Assembly: GCA_016936155.1 (NCBI GenBank)
Contig: JAFGPO010000139.1
Coordinates: 156-64,155, forward strand
Source of the DNA: a candidate division WOR-3 bacterium
GTDB lineage: Bacteria; Hydrothermota; Tepidihabitantia; SM23-42
Length of the DNA stretch: 64,000 nt
Reading direction: 5' to 3'
This document shows, in pieces, positions 1-9,303 of this stretch; the first letter of the stretch is position 1, and every line of letters begins with the position of its first letter. The notes under the pieces were generated by a model. That model was not told the origin of the DNA and did not search any database. It saw only the letters and a list, made by a program, of their open reading frames with translations. The position numbers were made by a program, and so were the translations under genes.

Positions 1-25
1 CGTTTATAGATTCCTTGCTCAATGA

Positions 26-442
26 ATGACCATGGGCCAGCTCAATACGATAAAACTCACCATGGTCAAAGGGCTGCAATTTACTGCTCACGACGAACAC
101 GGGCATACAATGATTCTTGACACTGAAACAAAAATCGGGGGCTTTGACCAGGGGTTCCGTCCCATGGAACTCCTCCTTGTATCTTTGGCCGGTTGTATGT
201 CAATGGATATCGTCTCGATTGTGCAGAAAAAGGGTGGTCAGATCACGTCTTTTGAGACCACAATACAGGGGCAGCGCGCAGAGAAACATCCAAAACGGTT
301 TGAAAAGATCATTGTGAAATTCATATGTCAAGGGAATTATGAACGAGAGGATTTGCTCCGTGCCCTGGAGTTGAGCAGGGATAAATACTGCGGAGTGTCC
401 GCCACGCTGCGGGACTCTCCTGATATCGAGTTTTCGATTTAG
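26..442 (+). CDS. OsmC/Ohr family peroxiredoxin-like protein
   Basis: 138 aa. Has the OsmC-type pattern GFRPMELLLVSLAGCMSMD and a second Cys in DKYCGVSATL. Confidence 0.8.
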   Translation: MTMGQLNTIKLTMVKGLQFTAHDEHGHTMILDTETKIGGFDQGFRPMELLLVSLAGCMSMDIVSIVQKKGGQITSFETTIQGQRAEKHPKRFEKIIVKFICQGNYEREDLLRALELSRDKYCGVSATLRDSPDIEFSI

Positions 443-453
443 AAGCGTCTCCC

Positions 454-1929
454 CTATTTTAGTTTAATGATTTTTTGCACGGCATGATGATGCGGCGTGC
501 TCATCACCACAAGATAGATACCAGCAGGAACTTCCTTCCCTGTATTGTCCATTCCATCCCAGACAAGCGTACTGCGTAATGCGTTGTGCATGCGGCGTGG
601 GAAAATTTTCACTGATTGTCCTGATATATCATAGATTTCTATATGCAGTTGTTGTGCATTACGCTCTACGTCATACGTAATACGCGTTTCTTTTTGGAAT
701 GGATTCGGTGCTACGGTAAATGATAGATCTTCTTTTTGATCATTGTGCTCTTCAGTACTGACCGGGTATCCGAAATCTGCGAAGTAGATCGAATACGGTG
801 AAGCATCGCCTTGTGTCCATACAAGGTATGCGCCGCAACTGCTCGGGAAGCGCACTGATTCTGTGATAGGGAAGTCAGTCCGGATCGAACCATTCGTCCA
901 GCCAGTAATAAAATAATAAAGTTGATAGTAGATGTCCTTAAGGCCAGCTGAATCCTCCTGCCAGAAAAGATACGACCATACATCACCCATCGTGGTCATA
1001 ACCGGATATGTCGATACACCAAGAGTTGCATATCCCCCACCGTTACCAGCATAGAATGTAATTTCACGGTTGTTTGTAGTACTTGTGTAATCATAGCATC
1101 CAGAAAAAGGGTCGTTTCCATGATCATAATCGAGCGATGAATGACCGGCTTCCATGTGGCTTGCATAGAGAGTAGTAACTGATGACCATACAGAATCCTG
1201 TTTGTAACAATACAGGATCTGGTACGGTGAGTAACATGATGTATCGATACAATCCCAGAGCACGAATACCCGGAAATCAGGTTCATAGATACTGATCGAG
1301 GGCAGGGTGTGCGTTGCATGAGGCCAGGTCGGGCTTACCTGGAAGATTGTGCCGAGCGAACCAGCATGGCATGGACGGTATAGTATCTGGTTAGAATTGT
1401 CGATATTCTCAACCCAGATAATGTATGCATTCATACTGTCATCAACAACAACATCCGCAAACATCGAGTTTTCTGCGGACTCGCTGATATTAACCGGCAT
1501 GCCATAGTCATCCAGGCAGTCGTACATGATATCCGTTGTGCCGGTCAGGGAATCTGTCTGCTGCCATACGATGTGCCGGTACCCAAAGGCATCAACATCA
1601 ATACCAGGATAATTACCTGGAGAGATCGTGATCGGCGTCTGCCAGACAAGACCCCGGTTTGTGGACATCGCATACTTTATGCTGTCGCCCTCATGAAATA
1701 CAATACTGATTGTATCAGTGTTCGGTCCTGCGTCGCGCAATGCGATTTTGTGACTGTTATTGAACGCCGTTGCATCGACTGCGTTCGTGTTCGTCACGAA
1801 CGTGTAGACGAATTGAGCATGCACAACGGCCCATGTACAGAGAACAAGACATATACACACACGGAGTAGATTCTTCGGTTGTACAATGAACGACAGTGGT
1901 ACATGCGGCTTACTTTTTTGAATATTCAT
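454..1929 (-). CDS. Secreted repeat (beta-propeller-like) protein with T9SS C-terminal sorting domain
   Basis: Start trimmed to ATG 1929, preceded by GGAGGTG. C-terminus NPFQKETRITY...IEIYDISGQ...VWDGMDNTGKEVPAGIYLVVM...KIIKLK is a Por_Secre_tail-like CTD. Paralog of 29949..31331. Confidence 0.65.
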   Translation of the reverse strand: MNIQKSKPHVPLSFIVQPKNLLRVCICLVLCTWAVVHAQFVYTFVTNTNAVDATAFNNSHKIALRDAGPNTDTISIVFHEGDSIKYAMSTNRGLVWQTPITISPGNYPGIDVDAFGYRHIVWQQTDSLTGTTDIMYDCLDDYGMPVNISESAENSMFADVVVDDSMNAYIIWVENIDNSNQILYRPCHAGSLGTIFQVSPTWPHATHTLPSISIYEPDFRVFVLWDCIDTSCYSPYQILYCYKQDSVWSSVTTLYASHMEAGHSSLDYDHGNDPFSGCYDYTSTTNNREITFYAGNGGGYATLGVSTYPVMTTMGDVWSYLFWQEDSAGLKDIYYQLYYFITGWTNGSIRTDFPITESVRFPSSCGAYLVWTQGDASPYSIYFADFGYPVSTEEHNDQKEDLSFTVAPNPFQKETRITYDVERNAQQLHIEIYDISGQSVKIFPRRMHNALRSTLVWDGMDNTGKEVPAGIYLVVMSTPHHHAVQKIIKLK

Positions 1930-2003
1930 ATACACCTCCATAGTAATTATAGAGTCATGCAGGAGAGTGTCAAGGTGCAAATGTAATTATCGCTACGCAA
2001 ATA

Positions 2004-2043
2004 TCATTTTCTCATTTTTACAATTGACAAAATGAGAAAATGA
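2004..2043. promoter_or_regulatory. Perfect 15-bp inverted repeat operator (TCATTTTCTCATTTT / AAAATGAGAAAATGA) spanning the arsR-like promoter
   Basis: Arms at 2004-2018 and 2029-2043 are exact reverse complements. They bracket and overlap the -35 box. Confidence 0.5.
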
Positions 2044-2051
2044 TATATAAT
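2024..2051 (+). promoter_or_regulatory. Sigma-70 type promoter of the ArsR-family gene (leaderless configuration)
   Basis: TTGACA (2024-2029), 16-nt spacer, TATAAT (2046-2051). ATG at 2057 is only 5 nt after the -10 box and has no SD. Confidence 0.55.
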
Positions 2052-2056
2052 CATAT

Positions 2057-2368
2057 ATGAAAAAAAGAAAGAAGATACCAGAGAAAAGGTATCGCGCATC
2101 GCGTATCTGCCGGGCACTTGGTAATCCGACCGCGTACGAAGCGCTGCATCTGTTGTCGTCTGGAAAGCGTTCGCCAGCAGAACTTGCCCAGCTTTTAGGC
2201 GTGAGCATTCCCACGGTATCACACGTACTGCGCGTGCTGCGGGATCTAGATCTTGTGCGATATGAAGTGACCTGGCGCGAGCATACCTACTGGCTAAAAG
2301 CAGCCACGATGAAGGATTTCATGACCGGACTTGAGATGCTCGTGGGAACGATCACCCGGATGCAATGA
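2057..2368 (+). CDS. ArsR/SmtB family winged-helix transcriptional regulator
   Basis: 103 aa. ICRALGNPTAYEALHLLSSGKRSPAELAQLLGVSIPTVSHVLRVLRDLDLV is a typical HTH_20/ArsR core. Confidence 0.8.
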   Translation: MKKRKKIPEKRYRASRICRALGNPTAYEALHLLSSGKRSPAELAQLLGVSIPTVSHVLRVLRDLDLVRYEVTWREHTYWLKAATMKDFMTGLEMLVGTITRMQ

Positions 2369-4568
2369 TCCGGGATATTCTATGAGTGATCGCTTGAACG
2401 CTCTGATGAGCAGGGAACTTCCTGCTCATAGCAGTAAAGTGCGCCAGTTCGGCTTCGACCTTATTGAGGATCGTACGGCGCGTGTGCTCTGACCAGGGAT
2501 CATACATCCGTTCGCAGGGCGCACCTCTCACCAGTTTAAACGCCTCGACGTATTTTCTCCAGGCAAGTGACCACTCATTGATCCGCGCAAATGCCCGGGC
2601 TTCTGAGAATATCCGGATACAATCATCGTAATCCGTCGTGATATAGAATCTGCGGTTGACCAGGCGCTTGGAAGCATGCTGAGATACGGTCACGATGTGA
2701 TGGCGTGTCAGTTTTAATGTGCGCCGCAGCCGACCAAGGACACGCGTCAGCCGGTACGTGGGATTCCGGCTGTCCGGCCAGAAATTCTTAAGGAGTTCCG
2801 CCATCGAGATGACCTTGCTTGGGGTATTGAAGCGCATTGCAAGGGCAATGAGGAGGGCATTTTCCTGGGGCGTAAGATTAATCTTATGGTAAATGTGGTT
2901 CCGGTATAGGATAGTGCTGCCCAGGAGTTTCACGTGAAACACCGGCAGCGAACGATCGAAAACCGGTAACCGGAGCAAAGATTTGGGAAGGTCAGGTTTC
3001 TTTCCTTTATCCAAAAGGAGGTGGACTGGCCGGGGGTAGAAGAGCAGAAAACGGTGGAGGAACCCGGTCAAGCCATTGGTTTTTGCATACCGCAGGGCTT
3101 TTGTATAGTACATAAGCCTGGATGTCTGATGGGCTTTCACCACGTAGCGCATGAGCCGAAAGATCGGGAAGTCGTCGAATTGTTGTGGTACATCGCTCGC
3201 GCCCAGGAGGATTTGCAGCGAGAAATATTCTCGCTGGACATCATATTTTTTCATGAGCGGCAGGTATTTTCTGAGTGTCGCGCGCGCTTCCCGGTGTTTT
3301 CCAAGCGCATGGTCGATCGCGGCGAACGACATCGCGGTTGTGTATATGTAATTGCGTAGCTGCTCTTGTTCTGACTGCCCGAGACAGTTGTGCAGGTGTT
3401 CGGTCGCCGTGCTTAATTGGCCCTGCCCAAGGTGGTGCAGGGCTTGAATAAGTTCATAAGTGACATAGTGCTGGTCATGAGGCCGAATGCGAAGATTGTG
3501 CACAAATCGTTGTTGCACCTCGCAATACTCGCCGGCGATGACCGCGGCAAGCGCGGTCTTCGCCTTGATCTCCTTTCTGGTGTTATCATCCTGGATGACC
3601 GAGAGCGCGCGGTAGTAATGCTTGAGCGCTTGATGATAGTTCGTCACAAAAGTCCATAGGTCACCAACCAGAAGATCGATATGCGCATGGTGCGTCGACC
3701 GCAGCAGCCTCTTACAACGTGCAACACATGCACGGGCGTTCTTCACATCGAGAAGTTCGGAGTATGCCGTGCCTGCGAGGAATGAGAGTGCGAGATTGAG
3801 GACCGGGTCACGGGAGTTTCCTTTTCGCGCCCATAGAATTGTGTAAAGTTCGATTTCTTTTTGTGGCGTGCGCATCCAGTGAAGGGCGAGCATTTCAAGG
3901 ATTCCGGCAAGGATCGAGGAATATTGCAGGTCCTTTTTTTCGAATGCCCGGCGCAGGTTTCGGGCTTTACGGTAAAGAACGGGTTTTGGGATGGACAAGA
4001 AATCCACTTCAAGCCGGTCGAGCCGTCGGCGCAAAGACAGATAACGTTCAGGAATGCGCCGGAGCACTGGTTCATAGGCGACCGGGAAACTTGGTAAATC
4101 ATTGATGATCCGGGCAGCACGGCGCAACGTTGTTGCTTGCTGATCGCGCTCAAGGAGCAGTTGTACGTGTTTGAGCGCGTGGCAAGTCTCATGGGTTTCT
4201 CGCCCGAGCGGAGAGAAGAGATTCTCGAATGACGTGCGTATGAGACTGTAGCGCTGCCATACTGCTCGTATGCCTTTGATCGAGATGGGAAATCCTTTGT
4301 GCTGAAGGAGCGTTCTTGCTTTTCTTAATGTGAGGCCAGGCTCGCGTTCTTTGAGCAGCATGATCGTCTGTTCTTGTTCGCGAGGCATGCGGTTCCATGG
4401 TTTCCGGTATGTGCATGGAGTTTTTTGTTCGGGCAGGGTTCGATACCACTGCACCCACCGGCACAGGGTGACAGGATGGACGCCTGCGTGCAAAGCAACG
4501 TTCTGTAACGTGCCTTCATCAAGGTACATGCGTACAGCACCAAGTCTCTTCTCAAAGGAATACGACAT
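2352..4568 (-). CDS. Large transcriptional regulator: N-terminal transposase-like HTH, helical/TPR-like middle, C-terminal winged-helix/BTAD-like region
   Basis: Start moved to ATG 4568, because the track TTG start is the -35 TTGACA of its own promoter. N-terminus reads GTLQNVALHAGVHPVTLCRWVQWY. The C-terminus resembles the SARP/BTAD arrangement. Function is inferred only. Confidence 0.45.
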   Translation of the reverse strand: MSYSFEKRLGAVRMYLDEGTLQNVALHAGVHPVTLCRWVQWYRTLPEQKTPCTYRKPWNRMPREQEQTIMLLKEREPGLTLRKARTLLQHKGFPISIKGIRAVWQRYSLIRTSFENLFSPLGRETHETCHALKHVQLLLERDQQATTLRRAARIINDLPSFPVAYEPVLRRIPERYLSLRRRLDRLEVDFLSIPKPVLYRKARNLRRAFEKKDLQYSSILAGILEMLALHWMRTPQKEIELYTILWARKGNSRDPVLNLALSFLAGTAYSELLDVKNARACVARCKRLLRSTHHAHIDLLVGDLWTFVTNYHQALKHYYRALSVIQDDNTRKEIKAKTALAAVIAGEYCEVQQRFVHNLRIRPHDQHYVTYELIQALHHLGQGQLSTATEHLHNCLGQSEQEQLRNYIYTTAMSFAAIDHALGKHREARATLRKYLPLMKKYDVQREYFSLQILLGASDVPQQFDDFPIFRLMRYVVKAHQTSRLMYYTKALRYAKTNGLTGFLHRFLLFYPRPVHLLLDKGKKPDLPKSLLRLPVFDRSLPVFHVKLLGSTILYRNHIYHKINLTPQENALLIALAMRFNTPSKVISMAELLKNFWPDSRNPTYRLTRVLGRLRRTLKLTRHHIVTVSQHASKRLVNRRFYITTDYDDCIRIFSEARAFARINEWSLAWRKYVEAFKLVRGAPCERMYDPWSEHTRRTILNKVEAELAHFTAMSRKFPAHQSVQAITHRISRIIASG

Positions 4569-4795
4569 ATTAGCGTTTCGTGGAAACATAGTACAAAAGT
4601 AATATACTCTTGTCAAGAGGAAGGTAAAATCATTAGAATTCCCTGAAAATCACGACATATATTGTATAAATATTCACAAGGAAGACATAATTGTTAATAT
4701 ACTATTGAAATGGCAGGAATACATGACTACTTAGACTTAAACCTTATATTTGCGTGTAGAGAACACAGAGATAAACATCAAGTAAGGAGGAGTAT

Positions 4796-7633
4796 ATGTG
4801 CATAAGTGTTATAGCCGCATACGCGGCGTTGATGATGATCGCGCACGCCCCGATGACACCGGAACTCACACACACGATCGCGGATGCGCGGCCCGATGAG
4901 ATGATCTCGTGCATTGTGTTCATGAAAGAAACGTATCCGTACGATCTCATGAGAGAATATTCTGTTCACGACCGAATAACCGCGTTTCAAGGGATTGCGC
5001 AGTTAAGCCAGGATCCGGTCCTTGTCTGGCTCAAGGGTCTGGGTGACAAGGTGCGCGTGCAGCATTCTTACTGGGTCATCAACGGGTTCTATGTCATGGC
5101 GATCCCTTCGGTCATTGCGCAGCTTGCCCTCCGGTCGGATATCGGCTGGATATCCCACAACGGTGAAGTCCATGCCATTGTCGAACCGCATTCCGAGCCT
5201 GCATATTCTTCAAGGGCGACACCCTGGGGCATAAGGAAGATCAAGGCTGATTCGTGCTGGGCAGCAGGATTTTCAGGTCAGGGCGTGATCATCGGGATGT
5301 GCGATACCGGAGTTGATTATGAACACCCGGCGCTTGCCGGAAAATGGAGCGGGTACTGGCTTGATGTGATCAATGGGCAGCCGCTGCCGTATGATGATAT
5401 GACCGGGACCTGGCACGGCACCCACTGCATGGGCACGATATGTGGAGGCGATGGTTTGGGCTCATTCACCGAGGACATCGGTGTCGCTCCTGGTGCGCAA
5501 TACGTTGCCGCGAAAATGCTCAATTCAGGTGGATCCGGGTCATACCAGCAGTGTCTTGATGGACTGCAATTCATGGCGGACCTGAAAGACTCGGTCGACA
5601 TCAAGGCGGTATCGAATTCCTGGGGCGGTTCAAATGGTGCAGATACATTTTTCTATCCCGTGATGCGGACATATATATCAATCGACATCATGCCGGTGTT
5701 TGCCAATGGGAATAACGGACCCGGAGCCGCAACCGTTGGTTGTCCGGGCAGTTATTCGAATAATCTTGGCATTGGCGCAACTGACAGCATTGATGCGATC
5801 GCATCATTCTCATCCCGGGGTCCGGCTCCGGATCAAGTTCCTTTTAATGATCCATCGACCTGGCTGCGCGATGATTGGAGCCTCATCAAACCACAGATCT
5901 CGGCACCGGGCGTTAACATTCGTTCTGCACAGGGCGGGGGCAGTGGTGGCTACCATAATCTGAACGGCACCTCTATGGCTACACCCCATGTTACCGGCTC
6001 GATCGCCATTATCTGTCAAAAGAACCAGAATCTGACTCCCAAAATGATCTATGATATCCTTCTTGACAATGTCGATGAACCATCCCAGGGGTCGCCGTAC
6101 CCGAACAACACGTACGGCTGGGGGCGGCTCAATGTCTGGAAAGCGCTCAACGGAACCCCGACCATGGACCAGCCGTGGATCTCCGTGCTCCGCAAGACCA
6201 TGGATGACATCAATCCAGGCGGTACCGGGCAGATGACCGTGACCCTCAAGAATGTCGGCGGAGCACAGGGTAACAATACGAGCGGCGTACTCGAATCGTT
6301 TGACAACTACATTACGATAGGCAACGATTTTTACCTGTTCGGGAACCTCGCGCCAAATGATACCGCAAACAACAATGCCGGTCCCTATTCGTACACAGCC
6401 CATGCCTTGACCCCGGAAGGACACAAGGCACGCATCGGCCTCATTCTTCATTCGGATGGTCCTTATGATAGTCTTGATTATAACGATACCCTGTTCTACA
6501 CGCTCGAGATCGGGACATTGCCGCCGCCATTTAAGATCTATGAGGATGACTTCGAATATGGCACAGGGATCGATAGCTTCTTGAACTACTGGGATGTAAC
6601 AGGCAACTGGCAGCGGACCACCAGTGTCGCACATTCGCCGACGCACTGCGCCTTCAGCGGGGCACTCGTGGACGGGAACGTGTATCTGACCTTGAAAAAT
6701 AGCATCGACCTATCCGGGTACGTCAATCCCCAGCTCAGTGTCTGGCACGGGTATAACTTTGACAACGCATTCTGGAACGATGCGATCATTCAGATCTCAA
6801 CGAACGGCGGTTCGACTTGGAGCAATATATGGGAGCTTCCTTTCAATTCGGCGGATTCGAGTAGCTGGGCTGAAGTCACCCAGGGTATCGGTACCGTTAG
6901 CAATAATATGAAGGTCAGGTTCCAGTTATTCTCGCGCGATTTTTTTCAGGACTATGCGCGCTGGTACATCGATGATTTTGCGATCATGACCCCGAGTGAC
7001 AATGAGCCTCCCTATTTCAGCAACACGACCTTGTGGCCGGATACGAATTTCACGGGGCCATTTCCCGTGCAATCGATCGTTACTGATCAAAGTGGCATTG
7101 ATGAGGTGCGTCTGTACTACCGGGTCAATTCCGGATCGTGGCAGGATCTGCAAATGTCTCACCAGGGAGGAGGTGTCTACCAGTCCGCGATCCCGCAACA
7201 GAATATGGACGATACGATCGACTACTACTTATGGGGACGCGATACCTGGATCGACCCAAATGAAGGTACGGATCCAGTCGGCGCGCCGGCCAGCGGATGC
7301 TATTCGTTCTGGATCGGTACAATCGGTGTTGCTGAGAACCGGACCCACGCGGTGCACTTCATGCCGCTCTCGACCAATCCGACACGCGGACCAGTATGTT
7401 TCGGGTTTGTGTTGCCAAGCGACATGAACGTTCACGCAGTCGTGTACGATATCAGCGGCCGGGTCGTACGTACGCTCGTGGATGGCGTTATTAAACAAGG
7501 CGAACATTTCGTCACCTGGAACCGGCTGGATGATCACAACCGAACAATTGCAGCCGGGGTCTACTTCCTTTCCTTTCAGGTCGAGGAGCATGCAGAAACG
7601 AACCGCATGCAGAAACTGATTTTGGTCAAATAG
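4796..7633 (+). CDS. Subtilisin-like serine protease (peptidase S8) with T9SS C-terminal sorting domain
   Basis: Catalytic triad contexts: GMCDTGVDYEHP (Asp), HGTHCMGTICG (His), GTSMATPHVTGS (Ser). SD is AAGGAGGAG. CTD reads VVYDISGRVV...AAGVYFLSF...KLILVK. Confidence 0.9.
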   Translation: MCISVIAAYAALMMIAHAPMTPELTHTIADARPDEMISCIVFMKETYPYDLMREYSVHDRITAFQGIAQLSQDPVLVWLKGLGDKVRVQHSYWVINGFYVMAIPSVIAQLALRSDIGWISHNGEVHAIVEPHSEPAYSSRATPWGIRKIKADSCWAAGFSGQGVIIGMCDTGVDYEHPALAGKWSGYWLDVINGQPLPYDDMTGTWHGTHCMGTICGGDGLGSFTEDIGVAPGAQYVAAKMLNSGGSGSYQQCLDGLQFMADLKDSVDIKAVSNSWGGSNGADTFFYPVMRTYISIDIMPVFANGNNGPGAATVGCPGSYSNNLGIGATDSIDAIASFSSRGPAPDQVPFNDPSTWLRDDWSLIKPQISAPGVNIRSAQGGGSGGYHNLNGTSMATPHVTGSIAIICQKNQNLTPKMIYDILLDNVDEPSQGSPYPNNTYGWGRLNVWKALNGTPTMDQPWISVLRKTMDDINPGGTGQMTVTLKNVGGAQGNNTSGVLESFDNYITIGNDFYLFGNLAPNDTANNNAGPYSYTAHALTPEGHKARIGLILHSDGPYDSLDYNDTLFYTLEIGTLPPPFKIYEDDFEYGTGIDSFLNYWDVTGNWQRTTSVAHSPTHCAFSGALVDGNVYLTLKNSIDLSGYVNPQLSVWHGYNFDNAFWNDAIIQISTNGGSTWSNIWELPFNSADSSSWAEVTQGIGTVSNNMKVRFQLFSRDFFQDYARWYIDDFAIMTPSDNEPPYFSNTTLWPDTNFTGPFPVQSIVTDQSGIDEVRLYYRVNSGSWQDLQMSHQGGGVYQSAIPQQNMDDTIDYYLWGRDTWIDPNEGTDPVGAPASGCYSFWIGTIGVAENRTHAVHFMPLSTNPTRGPVCFGFVLPSDMNVHAVVYDISGRVVRTLVDGVIKQGEHFVTWNRLDDHNRTIAAGVYFLSFQVEEHAETNRMQKLILVK

Positions 7634-7661
7634 CCTACGCATGTATATCTCCTCAACACAC

Positions 7662-7687
7662 GGGGCGGGCATGTGTCCGCCCCTTTC
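7662..7687 (+). terminator. Intrinsic terminator after the S8 protease gene
   Basis: Stem GGGGCGG / CCGCCCC with an 8-nt loop, followed by TTTC. Confidence 0.6.
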
Positions 7688-7759
7688 ATAGAAATGCGAG
7701 AGGCTTCATGCATTTAGGGTATGGTCGTTGAGGATGACAGATTGTAAAAAGGAGTGATT

Positions 7760-7966
7760 ATGGGGGATACGATCCGATATTTAGGACAGATCCTTATTCA
7801 TATCGGCGCGGCTGACCGTTCACAGGTTATGCATGCGCGATCACAGCAGATCAAGCGCCATTCCACAAAGAAGATCGGTGAGATCCTGTGCGACCCGGGA
7901 TACATCACCCAGGAGGATCTACATCGGGCCTTGAGCTTACAGCAGGATTTGGATTCAGTAGCGTGA
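7760..7966 (+). CDS. Small protein with two T2SS-E N-terminal (MshEN-like) motifs
   Basis: 68 aa. SD AAAGGAG precedes ATG 7760. Carries two LGxIL...G.I...L..AL..Q-like repeats (YLGQILIHIGAADRSQV and KIGEILCDPGYITQEDLHRALSLQ). Confidence 0.4.
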   Translation: MGDTIRYLGQILIHIGAADRSQVMHARSQQIKRHSTKKIGEILCDPGYITQEDLHRALSLQQDLDSVA

Positions 7967-8064
7967 CATAGTTCTACCAAACAAACCTTTTTTACATTAG
8001 GGACAGGATTATCATATCCCTTTTTTATTGACAGCACCCGATGCATCCATACAATGAGACCGGT

Positions 8065-8709
8065 ATGCATTTGCATGACAGAAGACAAGAATGTCAGATT
8101 AAAGCCGTGCTCTTTGATCTTGACGGCGTACTCATTAACAGTTACGATGCCTGGTTCCATCTGTTCAACGATACGCTTGAACACTTCGGCCACCCAGGGA
8201 TCAGCGAGCCGGTATTTCGCAAACATTGGGGCCAGAGCACCAAAGAGGATATTACGATATTCATGCCCGAAAGAACGATCGATGAGGTGCGCGGCTATTT
8301 TACAAACCATTACCAGCGTTTTCTTCCATATATTACATGCGACCCTGATGGACAGCCGGTCTTGCACTATCTGCGGTCTCACGGTCTGCTTCTGGGGTGC
8401 GTGACAAACTCCCATCTCGAGATCACGCAGACAGTATTGCGCCGCTATGTACTACAAGACTGTTTCGATGTTATTCTGACCGCGGATGATGTTGCCTGCC
8501 CCAAGCCCGAACCCGAGATCCTCATTACTGCATGCCAGCATCTTGAGGTAGAGCCGAAGGACGCCCTGTTTGTCGGGGACACGCACATTGATCTTGAAGC
8601 CGGGAGTCGTGCTGGCTGCATTATGGTGGGATATCGAATTGCTCATCCGCGGAGCGTGCAGAATCTCGCGCAGTTACGCGATTTGATTTCAGACGTTTAC
8701 CTTTCATGA
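8065..8709 (+). CDS. HAD-IA family hydrolase (phosphatase)
   Basis: Motif I AVLFDLDGVLINS. C-terminal motif LFVGDTHIDLEAGSRAG. Start set at ATG 8065, 9 nt after a TTGACA-N16-TACAAT promoter. Confidence 0.8.
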   Translation: MHLHDRRQECQIKAVLFDLDGVLINSYDAWFHLFNDTLEHFGHPGISEPVFRKHWGQSTKEDITIFMPERTIDEVRGYFTNHYQRFLPYITCDPDGQPVLHYLRSHGLLLGCVTNSHLEITQTVLRRYVLQDCFDVILTADDVACPKPEPEILITACQHLEVEPKDALFVGDTHIDLEAGSRAGCIMVGYRIAHPRSVQNLAQLRDLISDVYLS

Positions 8710-8786
8710 CAGTGTTGTTCGTCACTGGTCCAATACCCTTGACCCCCAAATATATTTTTTTATAATAACAATCAAAAGGAGGTTTT

Positions 8787-9023
8787 ATGGCAGTTGCTGC
8801 ATACCTTTTAATAAATACTGAAACCGGCAAGGAAGGTGATGTTGTTGAAGCCCTGAGAAAGATCGAGGGCGTTAAGCACGCCCACGTTGTGACCGGATTG
8901 CATGATGTGGTATGTTATGTTGAAGCACCTGAACTTACGGATCTGAAAAAGATCATCATCGAGAAGATCCGAGGCGTCAACGGCATTTCCCGTACAGTTA
9001 CGTGCTTTGCAGTTGATTGGTAA
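8787..9023 (+). CDS. Stand-alone Lrp/AsnC-type ligand-binding (RAM) domain protein
   Basis: 78 aa. AYLLINTETGKEGDVVEALRKIEGVKHAHVVTGLHDVVCYVEA resembles the AsnC_trans_reg fold. No HTH is present. SD is AAAGGAGG. Confidence 0.7.
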   Translation: MAVAAYLLINTETGKEGDVVEALRKIEGVKHAHVVTGLHDVVCYVEAPELTDLKKIIIEKIRGVNGISRTVTCFAVDW

Positions 9024-9166
9024 AAAAATAAGAAACAACCAGTACGCTGTTCTTGTCGAGCTCGTGTATCGCTAAGAAGGTTCTTTCATTAAAAGCGTTA
9101 TTTACGGATAACAGACGCCCATAATAGTATATCAGCTTCTGGGATTTGATATGCTTGCTTTTTTCC

Positions 9167-9194
9167 TTGACACCGTGTCATAATTATATATAAT
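9167..9194 (+). promoter_or_regulatory. Sigma-70 type promoter upstream of the sigma-54 activator gene
   Basis: TTGACA (9167-9172), 16-nt spacer, TATAAT (9189-9194). Confidence 0.5.
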
Positions 9195-9209
9195 CACTTG
9201 ACGACGAAG

Positions 9210-9261
9210 AGGTATGAATGGTGTACCTGATCGGGTATACCATTGATACCTTTTCTTTTTT
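9210..9261 (+). terminator. Strong terminator-like hairpin inside the 5' leader (attenuator or short sRNA end)
   Basis: 17-position stem AGGTATGAATGGTGTAC / GTATACCATTGATACCT with one G-G mismatch and one G-U pair. 8-nt loop, then TTTCTTTTTT. Confidence 0.55.
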
Positions 9262-9303
9262 AAAAATGGACGGAGAACGAGTATATGAGAGGGACGTTTG
9301 ATA

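Noticed and set aside
9140-9156. Weak sigma-54-like string TGGGAT-N5-ATGCT upstream of the EBP gene
   Set aside because: It has three mismatches at conserved positions (C4, C6, T12). A consensus sigma-70 promoter lies immediately downstream and explains transcription.
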